DNA of 63,755 nucleotides, counting the filler, from Chiloscyllium plagiosum (lineage: Eukaryota): assembly GCF_004010195.1 (NCBI RefSeq). It is 5 parts of 2 records of this genome, joined end to end, with 100 filler letters (N's around TTAATTAATTAA, not from the genome) between each part and the next. Parts side by side here need not be neighbours in the genome. Positions count along the whole stretch, not along the records: positions 34,720 to 52,768 come from NC_057710.1; 4 more parts are not named here. One strand, 5' to 3'. The number at the start of each line of letters is the position of its first letter. Within the stretch, counting starts at the first letter, position 1. Shown piece after piece: positions 37,762 through 50,014 of the stretch. A program made the translations under genes and the position numbers. The notes beneath the pieces are model-generated. The model did no database searches. It had not been told where the DNA came from and saw nothing but the letters and a program-made list of their open reading frames with translations.

Positions 37762-40525
37762 CCATAAGACTATAGGACATAGGGTTTGAAGTAAGATCAT
37801 TTGGCCCATCGAGTCCACTCCGCTGCTTAATCATGGCTGATGGGCATTTCAACTCCACTTACCCGCACTGTCCCCGTAGCCCTTAATTCCTTGTGAGATC
37901 AAGAATTTATCAATCTCTGCCTTGAAGACATTTAATGTCCCAGCCTCCTCTGCGCTCCGTGGTAATGAATTCCACAGGCCACCACTCTCTGGCTGAAGAA
38001 ATGTTTCCTCATTTTTGTTCTAAGTTGACCCTCTCTAATTCTAAAGCTGTGCCCAAGGGTCCTAGTCTCCCCGCCTAACAGAAACAACTTCCCAGCGTCC
38101 ACCCTTTCTAAGCCATGCATTATCTTGTAAGTTTCTATTAGATCTCCCCTCAACCTCCTAAATTCTAATGAATACAATCCCAGGATCCTCAATCTTTCAT
38201 CAAATGGGACCAGCAGCACCTGCAAGTTACTCTCCAAGTGACACACCATCCTAACTTGAGGGATCATCCATGTGAATCTCTGCTGGACACGCTCCTTCTG
38301 AGGTGTGGGGCCAAAAATTGGACACAGTATTCTAAATGGGGCCTAACTAGAACTTTATCAAGTCTCAGAAGCACATCGCTGCTTTTATATTCCAACTCTC
38401 TTGAGATAAATGACAATGTTACATTTGCATTTTTTAATCACGGACTCAACCTGCAAGTCAACCTTTGGAGAATCCTGGACGAGCACTCCCAGATCCCTTT
38501 GTATTTTGACTTTATGAATTTTCTCACCGTTTAGAAAATAGTCCATGCCTGTATTCTTTTTTTTCCCAAAGTGCAAGACCTCGCATTTGCTCACATTGAA
38601 TTTCATCAGCCATTTCCTGGCCCAGTCTCCGAAAGTATTCAAATCTTTCTGCAGCCTCCCCTCTTCCTCAGTACTACCTGCCTGTCCACCTAACTTCATA
38701 TCATTGGCAAACTTCACCAGAATGCCCCAGTCCCTTCATCCAGATCGTTAATATATTAAGTGAACAGCTGTGGCCCCAACACTGAACCCTGTGGGACATC
38801 ATTTGTCAACATCTGCCATTCCGAAAAGAACCTTTTATCCCAACTGTCTGCCTTCTGTCAGACCACCAATCCTCAATCCATGCCAGTAGCTCACCTTGAA
38901 TACCATGGGGCCTCACCTTACTCAGCAACCTCTTGTGAGGTACCTTATCAAAGGCCTTTTGGAAGTCTAGATAGACAACATCCACTGGGTTTCCCTGGTC
39001 TAACTTACTTGTCACCTCTTCAAAGAATTCTGACAGGTTTGTCAGGCACAACCTCCCCTTACTAAATCCTTGCTGACTTGTTCTAATCTGACCCTGCACT
39101 TCCAAGAATTTAGAAATATCATCCTTAATGATGGATTCTAGAATTTTACCTATAACCGAGGTTAGGCTAATCAGCCTATAATTTTCCATCTTTTGTCTTG
39201 ATCCTTTCTTGAACAAGGGGGTTACAACAGCAATTTTCCAATCATCTGGGACTTTCCCTGACTCCAGTGATTTTTGAAAGATCACAACCAACACCTCTGC
39301 TATTTACTCAGCCACTTCCCTCAGAACTCTAGGATGTAGCCCAATGGAGCCAGGAGATATATCAATTTTTAGACCTTTTAGCTTTTCTAGCACTTTCTCT
39401 TTTGAAATGGCTACCATACTCAACTCTCCTTAATTGTTGAGATATTACTCATGTCTTCCACTGTGAAGACTGACATAAAGTACTTATTAAGTTCTTCAGC
39501 TATTTCCTTATCTCCCATCACTAGCCTTCCTGCATCAATTTGGAACAGCCCAATTTCTACTTTTGCCTCTCGTTCATTTCTTATGTAATTAAAGAAACTT
39601 TTCCTATCATTTCTAATATTACTGGCTAGCTTACCTTCATATTTGATCCTCTCCTTCCTTATTTCTCTCTTTGTTATCCTCTGTTTTCGTAGTCTTCCCA
39701 ATCTTCTGATTTGCCGTGCTCTTGGCCACTTTATAGGCTGTCTCTTTTTCTCTGATACATTTCCTGACTTCCTTTGTCAGCCATGGCTGTGTAATTACGC
39801 TCCAACCCCCCTCCCCCCGATAATCTTTCTTTTCTTTGGGATGAACCTCTGTACTGTTTCCTCAATTACACCCAGAAACTCCAGCCATTGTTGCTCTACT
39901 GTCTTCCCTGCGAGGCTCTGCTACCAGTCGATTTCCATCAGTTCCTCTTTCGTGCCCCTGTAATTACCTTTATTTAACTGTAACACCATTACATCCGATT
40001 TTGCCTTCTCTCTTTCAAACTGCAAACTGAACTCTACCATGCTATGATCGCTGCCTCCGAAGTGTTCCCTTACTTTAATATCTTTTATAAAGTCTGGCTC
40101 ATTACATACCACTAAGTCCAGAATAGCCTGCTGCCTTGTGGGTTCCATCACAAGCTGTTCCAAAAAGCCATTCCATGAATTCCCTTTCTTTAGATCCTCC
40201 AGCAACATTATTCACCCAGTCCATTTGCATATTGAAGTCCCCCATGATCACTGTGGTCTTGCCTTTTTGACATGCCCTATGTATTTCCTGATGCATCTTG
40301 CACCCCTGGTCCTGACTGCTGCTGGGAGGTCTGTACATAACTCCCATGATGTTTTTTTTGCCTTGGTTTCTCAACTCCATCCTCACAGACTCCACATCAT
40401 CTGACCCTATGTCATTCAGTGCCATAGATTTGATTTCATTCTTAACTAACAAGGCAACCCTGCCCCCTCTGCCTACCTCCCTGTCTTTTCGAAAAGTTGT
40501 AAATCCTTGGATGTTTAATTGCCAG
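37762..40525 (-). mobile_element. CR1 LINE, about 2.8 kb (endonuclease + RT + 3' UTR)
   Basis: IMGDFN, GSDH, ENYRLISLTSVIGKILES, YLDFQKAFDKVPH, FANDMKL; possible TSD ccagat(a/g)tt. Confidence 0.95.
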
Positions 40526-40674
40526 ATGTTTGGATAGTCATTGGAGCAGCTCAGGCTTGAGTTGCATGTTGACCCCACAGACTCCAAGGAAATTGTCTGG
40601 AAATTGTCTGGAAAATTGAAAATTCTGAAGGACAATTCCCTTGTGAGTGGAACTCTTTTTAAAAGAAAGCCCTT

Positions 40675-41020
40675 GGGGTGGCACAGTAGCTCAGTGGTTA
40701 TCGCTGCTGCCTCATATCGCCAGGGACCTGGGTTTGATTCCAGCCTCGGGTGGCTGTCTGTGTGCAGTTTACACATTCTCCCCGTGTCTGGATGGATTCC
40801 CTCCAGGTGCTCTGGTTTTTTCCCACAATCCGAAGGTGTGCATGTTAGGTGAACTGCCTGTGCTAAATTGCCCATTGTGTTCAGGGATGTGTAGGTTAGG
40901 TATATTAGTTAGAGGTAAATATAGGGTAGGAGAATGGTCTAAGTGGGTTATTCTTTGGAGGGTCGGTGTGGACTTGTTGGGCTAAAGGGCCTGTTTCCAC
41001 ACTGTAGGGATTGTATTCTA
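40675..41020 (+). mobile_element. Full-length diverged HE1-type SINE
   Basis: tRNA-like head with A and B boxes plus HE1 body and 3' end. Confidence 0.9.
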
Positions 41021-41739
41021 ATGTCAGAGAGTTCAAAGCATCTAGCCTCAGTTAATTTAATAAACACCCAGGGAATGGTTAGGCAATTAAATACTGAGTC
41101 TGATTCCTATTAGCTATTAAGCTGAATCTCCAATTTATCACCCCTAGCCCCCGGCCAAACTACACTTTCCCGCAAGACCATCCAGGACCCCTGACCGGAC
41201 CCCTGACCAGACCCGTTCCGCCAACCCAATATGTTTCCACTCTCCCTTCTCCCGGTTGCTCGCTCAAAGCTCTGTCAATCCTGTTGCCTCATCCCGTCCA
41301 CCCATTCTAACATTCCAATCCACCCCATCCCTCACTCACAGACCCCAGTACCCTCTATTAGCTGCTGGCCTGAAACCCACAACCCTTAACCCATGTGCCA
41401 GTCACCTTGACCATTACCATTGATACGTCACCAAATCCCCTGTCCCCATCGCTGCCCTCCACCCCAATTTCTCTGCAGAGTATTAACACACATGACTGCA
41501 GTTATGACTGATAATCACAACTGGATTGTTGAGAGAATAAATGCAAAGGGCTTGTCTCTGACAAGTAAGAGGAACCATCACGTCCCATTGGTCTGCCATC
41601 ACCAATGTTCCCTTGAAGCTGCATGGATGTCGATAGACTTCCACTGAATTTCAGAGAGCCTTGGAATGTTGGTCACCACCCACTTTAAGCTGAGTTGCTC
41701 TCAACTGGTAAGGCTTTGGTTCTCCACAGTCCATCCACT

Positions 41740-42000
41740 TAAATGGGTGCTTGATGCTGAGAACCTCTGTTCAGGAAATGGATGAAATCTCACACACTTG
41801 GCAACCAAATAAAACCAACAAAATGGAAAGATACCAAATTTCAGGAGTGACAGATTACTGGCAGATGGTTGATAATTTGTGTAAGACTTGGACCTTGATG
41901 AGGCTGAACATCAACATTGCTTCCCTATATGTGAGCAGACTCACTGAGAACACTGAAAGAAAAGCATCACATTTTATTTGGCTGTGGAAAAGTTCAGAGA
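41740..42000 (+). mobile_element. RTE-type LINE endonuclease remnant
   Basis: RLNINIASL..SRL...HFIWLWKS resembles RTE RLNIDIAALQETRL..YTFFW.GK. Confidence 0.45.
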
Positions 42001-44836
42001 AAAGATCGGGAATTTGACATCAGCTGATTCTTGTCATCAGATGTGACTCTCTGAACAGCATTTTAACACATGCTGTTAAAATGTGTTCATAACCACAAAG
42101 TATTGTGCATTTCATAAACTTGCAATTTCAAAATATGTTTTTCTTTGCAAGAGGACAGATGATAGCCAAAATTAGCTGTGAATGTAAATTAAGTGGCTAT
42201 CGAGAGAGAAAGAGACACAAGAAACATCGCAGTAACTGACGTAAAGGGAATCCAACAGTCTTTCAAAGGGGGAAAGAGCAAATTAAAACAGACTGGACTC
42301 TGATCTCAAAGATAATGAGAGGTTACCCACTCACTGCAAGTTATGTCACAAACTGCAGACATTTTATGTTTTATTCACTTTGAAGAACACTCAGAACAGT
42401 GATTAAAAAGCATTTTTCAGCTTTCCTGTAATGCACTAGTGGGGCTAAATGTTCTTGTGTACCAGCCTGAATTTAAGTATGATGTCAAGATCTCAGTCAA
42501 AGAACTATCCTTAAGTCATCCATGTGTTACAGGTAAGGGGAATGTCTAAAGGTCAGCTAGCTCCCAGCCAGAATAAAACATGATAACACAAGATCTCACT
42601 TTGACCCTGAATGCTGGAATTCATTCGTGGTCAAAAGGAATCATAAGTTTAGAAACTCAAAAAATCTACAAAACTGAGGACTTCTCTCACACAGTGGCCT
42701 GACCTGAAATATACTAACTACAATAGTGTCCCCTCAACATATAGGAACCAAGAGCAGAAAATTGCTGACTGTTTCAAGGCTAATAGCACCGTGATTGAAT
42801 CTGATGTATTTATATAGTAGCCATCAGATTGATAAAGTCATGTAAATTGCAAAACCTCCAGTTCAGAAACCACATTGGGATTTAGGACAGATCCACTCAG
42901 GCAACATCTGCAACCTGATAAGGGAAACATGGACAACGGGCAAAAACTTTTCTTACAGAGCTCAGCAGGGAGATGGCAAAATGGTTGGCGTCATTGCTGC
43001 ATCCACATCTGTTTTCATGCAGTGTTACAATCTTTGCATCACAGATATTCTAGAGCGCAGACCTCTCCCATGACCAGAGTTAGAGAAGTTTGATCAAATG
43101 TTACAGGTGTGTCAGTTTTCCAAGCAAAATATGTTCAAGTGGTATAGTATCAGAACTTGGAGTTTTGCCCATGTCAATATATCAGTAACTTTGCTGAGCT
43201 CCTCCACTGTGGGTTCCTTATGTCTTGAATGTTGCTTGGAACTTCGTGGGTTCCAGTGTTCTCTATAGACCACAAATCATAGTAATGTCTCACCCATTTC
43301 TCCATTGTTTACTCCAGTTGATGATGACATGCCCATCTTTGTTTTCACTGTACTTTCTTTCTTTGCTGATGGCTCTGTTGCCTGTTGATCTCTTCATGCA
43401 CATACCTGACTTTTTCTGTGTCAAACGATATCTGGGCATTTTGGCAAAATAATAATCACTTGTGATTGATGCACCACTTAATAGTTTCTTGGACTTTGCT
43501 CTGAACAGCCCTTACTGCATTTAGAATTTCCTCACTTGGATCTCAATTGCAATTAATTCTAGCAGACTGACTGGTTTCCATAGCATTAGTCTCACCAAGA
43601 TATTCAAAGCTTTGAGTAGACACAGTCTATTTAAGCTGCCCGAGAAAATTGACTGCATGTAGAAGCTACTCATTGCAATTTCCTCTTTCAATGCCAACAT
43701 GACATTGAAGTCAGCTATGATGTGTCACTGTCAGAACTCTTTGAAATCTACAATGATGTCAAGCACAGTTGTGATCTGGCATGGACACCCCTTGGCATAG
43801 CCTCTCATTGCTGCTTTCATATGTCTTCAGGACATCTACAAAAGGTGTCTACTTCACACTGGAACGGACATAAAGATATTCAGTCTTATTGGCCTGAGAT
43901 CCAAGACAAATTTACACCAAATTCTCATCAGCAAGTTGATCAATGCTGACATTGCCATACTCACCTTTCATACAGAGGATGCCCTTCAGCAAAAAATTGA
44001 CCGATACTCTCACAACTTCAAAGAGTTTGTTTTGACCTTCATCATGTTGTACGCACACCCTGCATTTCCCAATTTGTTATGGTTCAAGATGGGATTTTCC
44101 ATATATTAAGCTCCCAGATGAGGAGGGATGAACAATAGAATCATAGAGTCATAGAGATGTACAGCATGGAAATAGACCCTTTGGTCCAACTGTTCCATGC
44201 TGACCAGATATCCTAAATTAATCTGGTCCCATTTGGCCCATATTCCTGTAACCCTTCCTATTCATATGTCCATTCAGAAGCCTTTATCTCCATCTCTATT
44301 CACTTGCCTCATTAGTTGGTTGCAGCAAGGTCAATTTAGAAATGATCCCTTCTCTTGCAGATACTCTTTTCGCAAAACCAAATGAACTTGCATTTTAAAA
44401 GAATCAATTTACTCAGGCTTTCTTAAGTTAATTAAAGTATATGTTTATTAATTGCCACATGTAAAAGAATTAGTAACACAATGCAGATTAGAAATAAGAG
44501 TTGGGTCGAGAACGATAAAATTTAAACAAAGCACATACATGGATTAGTCTGTGAGCTGTTCACAAAGTACAGATAACACTGTAGACATTGTAGTAGAGGT
44601 GGCAATAGCGTGACATTTGTAATTGAACAGCTGATTTCAAAACTCTTTGTTTTGCAGGGTGGTTGAGATTTGTTTTGTCTGATTTGCTACTAGTTGACTT
44701 CGAGCACTCAGAACCTTACCTGCAATGCAATGGTGACAGGAGGATAAATGTTCAACTGTGACCTTCACAACACACTAATACTCAAACGAAAGCTGGTACA
44801 TTCGGGTACCTAAGCCCACTAGCACACATGAAAACC

Positions 44837-44914
44837 GTGGGCGGCACGGTGGCACAGTGGTTAGCACTGCTGCCTCACAGCGCCAGAGACCCGGGTTCAA
44901 TTCCCGACTCAGGC
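44837..44914 (+). mobile_element. HE1 SINE tRNA-like head only, flanked by a 93-bp direct duplication
   Basis: gggcggcacggtggcacagtggttagc...gggttcaattccc; flanks 44744-44836 and 44915-45007. Confidence 0.92.
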
Positions 44915-45985
44915 ATAAATGTTCAACTGTGACCTTCACAACACACTAATACTCAAACGCGAGCTGGTACATTCGGGTACCTAAGCCCACTAGCACACAT
45001 GAAAACCTCAGTCCTGTTAGTACATTCCAAAAGATCAGAAACTCTCTTTTTAACCCTTGTCCTTGTGTATTCAAAGGGAAAAACACAAAGTAGGTCTGCA
45101 GTTTGTGACATAATCCACAAGGATTGGTTTGCTGTTGAGAAGGGGATGGTCAGCCCCTGGTTATCTTTGCAGATATCCACATCTTCACCACAAGAGCATC
45201 TGTAAGCAAAATATGAAAATGACAGCTACTGACACAGACAGTCACTGACTGTCATGACCTCTGTAGGCTGACTGTCTGGATGGACTTGGAAAATGTGAGC
45301 AAAACAAAAGGCTCATCTACCTGAGAAGAGGCCCCAAGGATAACAGAGGTCAGCAAATCACTGAACTTCTCAGCCCACTATTTACCTCTGCCGTAAAATA
45401 CAGCAGATACTGGAATGCCAGATGGGTCTCCCCCCCTGAGTCACAACTAATTATACTTAACACAGATTTAACCACCACAGCTCAAAGCATTATCTTATGA
45501 GACTGAAAGCTGGAACAAGTATTAGTCAATGGGAAGGTAAAGTTCAGAATATTTAATTTAAATTATATTTTAAGAGTAGGATCAGAGTACATAGATTTGA
45601 GCTCATAAAAAAATGAATTCAGGACTGATGTTGAAAGTTATTTACACAAAGAATGATCAATATCAGGAACAGCCTTTCTGACAAGATGGAAGATGAAAAC
45701 CCTGGATTTTTTTTTTAGCAAACCATTGATTATTGAATTGTAGGACTCTAAAAGAGCCGAATGGCTTCCTCTTCGTTACTTATCATTTGGATATATATAC
45801 AAGTTGGAATGAAACCATAGAACAGTAAATTAAATCTCAGATTAGTATTTCTTCAGGCATTGTTCAGCAACAGTTTTAAAAAATAAGAAAAACTGCATCA
45901 GTTTGCATATACATTGCTTATTGCTGAAGCCACTGTAGATGGCTGTATTGTTGACTGTATTGTTGACTGTAGATATCGTTTCTAG

Positions 45986-46130
45986 CTGAAGACAAGTTGG
46001 TTGACACTGAAGGGGGAAATGGATGCCACAGCTGTCTCCCCTGAACTGGATCCTAAATCATCATCTCGAAGTCCTGCTGCTGACAGAGAACTACTACAAA
46101 GATCAAGCAGTGAATCACTGTTTCAAACGA
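45986..46130 (+). CDS. ablim2: ABLIM2 internal coding exon (LKTSWLTLKGEMDATAVSPELDPKSSSRSPAADRELLQRSSSESLFQT), phase 0 to 1
   Basis: Acceptor tttctag at 45979-45985, donor gtaagt at 46131, 145 nt open. Resembles human ABLIM2 KSSWLMLKGDADTRTNSPDLDTQSLSHSSGTDRDPLQRMAGDSFHS as I recall it. Confidence 0.9.
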
Positions 46131-46319
46131 GTAAGTTTATTTTGTACACTGACAGATCAATTTCCACCTGATTGTTTGACAAACCGATAATCTTATTAAT
46201 TAAATTGGGCAGCGTTGAATGTCTTGTCTACTAGAGAGTGTTTAGCCCACTGAGGAATGGATCAAACCAATTATTTTAGATAAATTTTGGTTGGCTAAAT
46301 TGCCATTACTTTTTTACAG

Positions 46320-46378
46320 GAATTCCTCACTCCAAATCAGCTTCCCTTCCTGGCTATGGAAAAAATAAATTACACAAG
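46320..46378 (+). CDS. ablim2: ABLIM2 exon (RIPHSKSASLPGYGKNKLHK), phase 1 to 0
   Basis: Acceptor ttttttacag, branch-like ggctaaat, donor aag|gtaaat. In frame with the previous exon. SKSASLPGYG is the ABLIM/dematin motif. Confidence 0.92.
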
Positions 46379-46504
46379 GTAAATAGGTTTTAACTAGGTT
46401 TTATGATTAAGATTTGTGCCTATAAATGAGATTTGTTAATGTAATAGTGAACATAATGTATAATAACCTTTGAAATGTCTGAATAAGAGCTAAAACTTAA
46501 TTGG

Positions 46505-47535
46505 CTGAGGGACAGGATTTACATGTAGTTGAAATGCAAGGACTGATTAGGGATACTCAACATGGCTGTGTGTGTGGGAAATCATGTCCACTAAATTAAT
46601 TTAGTTTTTTTGAAAAAGTAATGAAGAGGATTGATGAGGGCAGAGCTGTGGACATGAGCTATATTGACTTCAGTAAGACATTTGACAAGGTTCCTCATGG
46701 GAGACTGGTTAGCAAGGTTAGATCTCATGGAATACAGGGAGAACTAGCCAATTGGATACAGAACGGGCTCAAAAGTAGAAGATAGAGGGTGGTGATGGAG
46801 GGTTGCTTTTCAAACTGAAGGTGTGAGACCAGTGGTGTGCCACAATGATCGGTGCTGAGTCCAGTGATTTTCACCATTTATATAAACATAGGAGGTATAG
46901 TTTGTAAGTTTGCAGATGATACCAAAATTGGAGGTGTAATGGACAGCGAAGAATAAAATAGGATCTTGATCAGATAAACCAATGGGCCAAGGAGTGGCAG
47001 ATGGAGTTTAATTTAGATGAATGTGAGGTGCTGCACTTTGGAAAGGCAATCAGAGCAGGATTTATACACTTAATGATAAGGTCCTGAGCAGTGTTGCTGA
47101 ACAAAAAGACCTTGGAGTGCAGATTCGTAGTTCCTTGAAATTGGAGTCGCAGGTAGAAGGGGTTTGGTATCCTTTCTTTTTTTGATCAGAGCATTGAGAA
47201 TAGGGGTTGGGAGGTCATGTTGTGGCTGTACAGGACATTGGTTAGGCCACTTTTGAAATATTGTGAGCAGTTCTGGTCTCCCACCAATAGGAAGTCTGTT
47301 GTGAAACTTGAAAGGGTTCAGAAACGATTTAAAAGAATGTTGCCAGGGTTGGAGGGTTTGAGCTATAGGCAGAGGCTGAATAGGCTGGGGCTGTTTTCCC
47401 TGGAGTGTTGGGTGACCTTCCAGAGGCTTATAAAATCATGAGGGGTATAGATAGGGTAAATAGACAAGGTCTTTTCTTTGGAGTGTGGGAGTCTAGAAGT
47501 AAAGGGCATGGGTTTAGGTTGAGAGGGAAAAGATT
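46505..47535 (+). mobile_element. CR1 RT-3' fragment in an ABLIM2 intron
   Basis: DFSKTFDKVPHGRL, FADDTK, YCEQFWSP. Confidence 0.92.
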
Positions 47536-48295
47536 TTGCTTCTTACCCCAGTTTAATTGGGACCCCCAACATATGGGAAATGAAATATTCCAACCTTTGG
47601 CTTCAACTTTAGGCTCCATTGTGGTGTGGAGTGGTTGGGGGAGGAGGTGAATTGGACAGCTGCAGCAGGGGGGAGAAGCAGAGGTCTTCAGAAATAACCA
47701 AAAACTGTCCAATTTCTATTTTATAGGAGTATCCATAAGTAAAGGCTTTTGGAGTCACTACATGTTTTTTTCTGAAATAAAAATAGGAAATGCTGGAAAT
47801 ACTCAGCGGATCTGGCAGCATATTTGGTGAAAGCAAGAGAGTATAACACGAGGATGTTTGACATCAATCTGGAATATTAATTCTGCAATTCCCTCACCAC
47901 TAGTAATCTTATCTGATGCTTTGTTTCATGCAAAATCACTATTAACCTGACCAAGCAATCGACAACTTGGTATCTTAGTTATTAGCCAATGATTGCTTCA
48001 CCAACATACTTGTATCCTGCTCTTGTACCAGCTGGCAGAAGCAGGATCTAAAATTGTCTAAATCTAACCATCCCTGCTGGCATTGGAATGTTGGAGTTTG
48101 TATACCAGGGTATTAACAGCATCCACAGTTTTTTTTATTATATTAGGATATTATTCTTCACATTAACTCATTATAACTTGGTATTTTTGAAACATTTCAG
48201 TTTATGGCATCTGACATTCTTAATCTTAGTGAACAATGTATTCATACAATTGTCATAAAAGCTTCTAGCATACTTATTTGATGATTCATTTCTAG

Positions 48296-48341
48296 ACTTC
48301 AGATTTTGATTCAAATCATGATACCAGCTGGGGAATGCGAG
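48296..48341 (+). CDS. ablim2: ABLIM2 exon (TSDFDSNHDTSWGMR + first base of E), phase 0 to 1
   Basis: Acceptor catttctag, donor gag|gtgaga. DTSWGMR matches ABLIM2 DASWGMR. Confidence 0.88.
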
Positions 48342-48473
48342 GTGAGACATCATTTCAAATAAATTATTGAAATTCAAAATTTATAGAAATAGATATTTTG
48401 ATTTTCAGTAATCTGTTCTAATTCTTTTAAGTCATTCCTCAATTCTCTTTATTATGATCTCTTGTTTTTACAG

Positions 48474-48481
48474 AATACAAG
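48474..48481 (+). CDS. ablim2: ABLIM2 8-nt microexon AATACAAG completing (E)YK before the villin headpiece
   Basis: Long pyrimidine tract + tacag acceptor, donor aag|gtaaga. Joining to 48341 gives GMR-EYK, as in ABLIM2/3 GMREYKIYPY. Confidence 0.88.
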
Positions 48482-48850
48482 GTAAGAAGTTGACTTCTCA
48501 ACTTAAGTCTTATCCACCATCTACCAAGTGCATCTGGCCAGGTTAAATTCTTGGTCTTTCTTCCCTTGTGTTTTATTCAATTATGTGTTGAATAGTGAGA
48601 GCATTTTAAGTGAGCTGCAGAATGGTACAAAAGAGCCAAATTGCCGATTCCCACACAATGAGCTCTTGGTTTTAGCAATCCCATCAGAGAAGGATGGAAA
48701 GGCAAATACCTCACTATGTAGACAGAAAGAACATTAAAAGTGAAAGTTGTTTTAAAGATGTCATTCTAATGAATCATTGATAAGGAAAAGGACAGTAAAT
48801 AAAATGACTATCTTTTACAAGAACCAATTTGTACAGTCAATCTGAAATTA

Positions 48851-49183
48851 GTTAAAAATCACAAAACACCAGGTTATAGTCCAACAGGTTTATTTGGAAG
48901 CACTAGCTTTCGTAACGCTGCTCCTTTATCATGTGGTTGTGGAGTATAAGATCCTAAGACACAGAATTTATAGCAAAAGATGACAGTGTCATACAGTGAT
49001 ATATTGAACAAACATGGATTGTTAAGTCTCTCATCTTTTAGAATGGGTTACAGGTTTTGGTTCATTAATATATAAATCCCAGAACTTCTGGGAAAGCTAT
49101 TGCTTTCAAATAAACCTGTTTGACTATAACTGGTGTTGTGTGATTTTTAACTTTGTCCACACCGGCACCTCCAAATCATGGCT
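48851..49183 (-). mobile_element. PLE terminus with inverted partial end and 12-bp TSD
   Basis: gttaaaaatcac..ttatagtccaacaggttt vs aaacctgtttgactataac..gatttttaac; tcaa(t/c)ctgaaat at 48837 and 49184. Confidence 0.8.
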
Positions 49184-49517
49184 TCAACCTGAAATGATTC
49201 CTCTTTGCCCAATTGACTGAACTGCAAAGGGTAAATCTCTGTATCATTTTTGGAGCCCTCTTTCCATTACCAATCCTTTGAACACATAATTGTGTTTCTG
49301 TCTTCCCTCTCTATTATGCATAACATATCCTTGCAAAAATATCCCTTCCTTTGCATAGAAAATCAATTGATAACCAAATTCTGCAAAAGTCCATTGACAC
49401 CATAGGCTTGACTGAAAATTGCATAATTGACAATTTTTACCGCTTTCCGTTTCCCCAATCCAAGCTACCTCATCGAGTTACATATTCCATCATATGTTGT
49501 CCTCCTCAAAACGCTGG

Positions 49518-49712
49518 CGTTAAAGGTAAAGTCACCATATTCCCAGAGAGAGAGAGTGATGACTGGCGATAGTTTAACCAGAGGGTAATTATGCTTTAGG
49601 TAAGTGGAGAGATCGAGAAGGAGAATCCTTCAATCATAACCTCAGCCAATGTGGGAATTGAACCTACACTGTTGGCATCACTCTGCATTGTAAACCAACC
49701 AACTGACCTAGC
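49518..49712 (-). mobile_element. Old tRNA-derived SINE (not HE1)
   Basis: Minus-strand B-box ggttcaattccc; related pieces near 32700-32805 and 60070-60165. Confidence 0.5.
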
Positions 49713-50014
49713 TCTGCCACTAATTTTGCCCCTTCACCAACGATTTCACTCTTGCTACTCAAAGCTGCCAATCTTATTGTAAACTTCTCAATTATCATTG
49801 CTCACTTACTATTTCCTGTATAGAGCGATTTCAACATCCAGTTAAATTCCTCCTGCTTATACTTCAGCCCACTATTCTCACCAGATTCTGTAAGGATGTA
49901 GATTTTATAGCAACCTAAGATAGTAATTGTAGATTCAATTTAAATAGGCAAGTGTAAAATTATGCATTCACATTACAAAATAAGCAGAGAAACCATAGAA
50001 TTGTTGTCAAATAG

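Noticed and set aside
40102..40875. 257-aa ORF, the longest in the track
   Set aside because: Chance fusion of antisense HE1 SINE, spacer and CR1 endonuclease sequence.
44839..44910. tRNA-like A/B box sequence (also 14420-14493)
   Set aside because: HE1 SINE head, not a tRNA gene; no complete acceptor stem.
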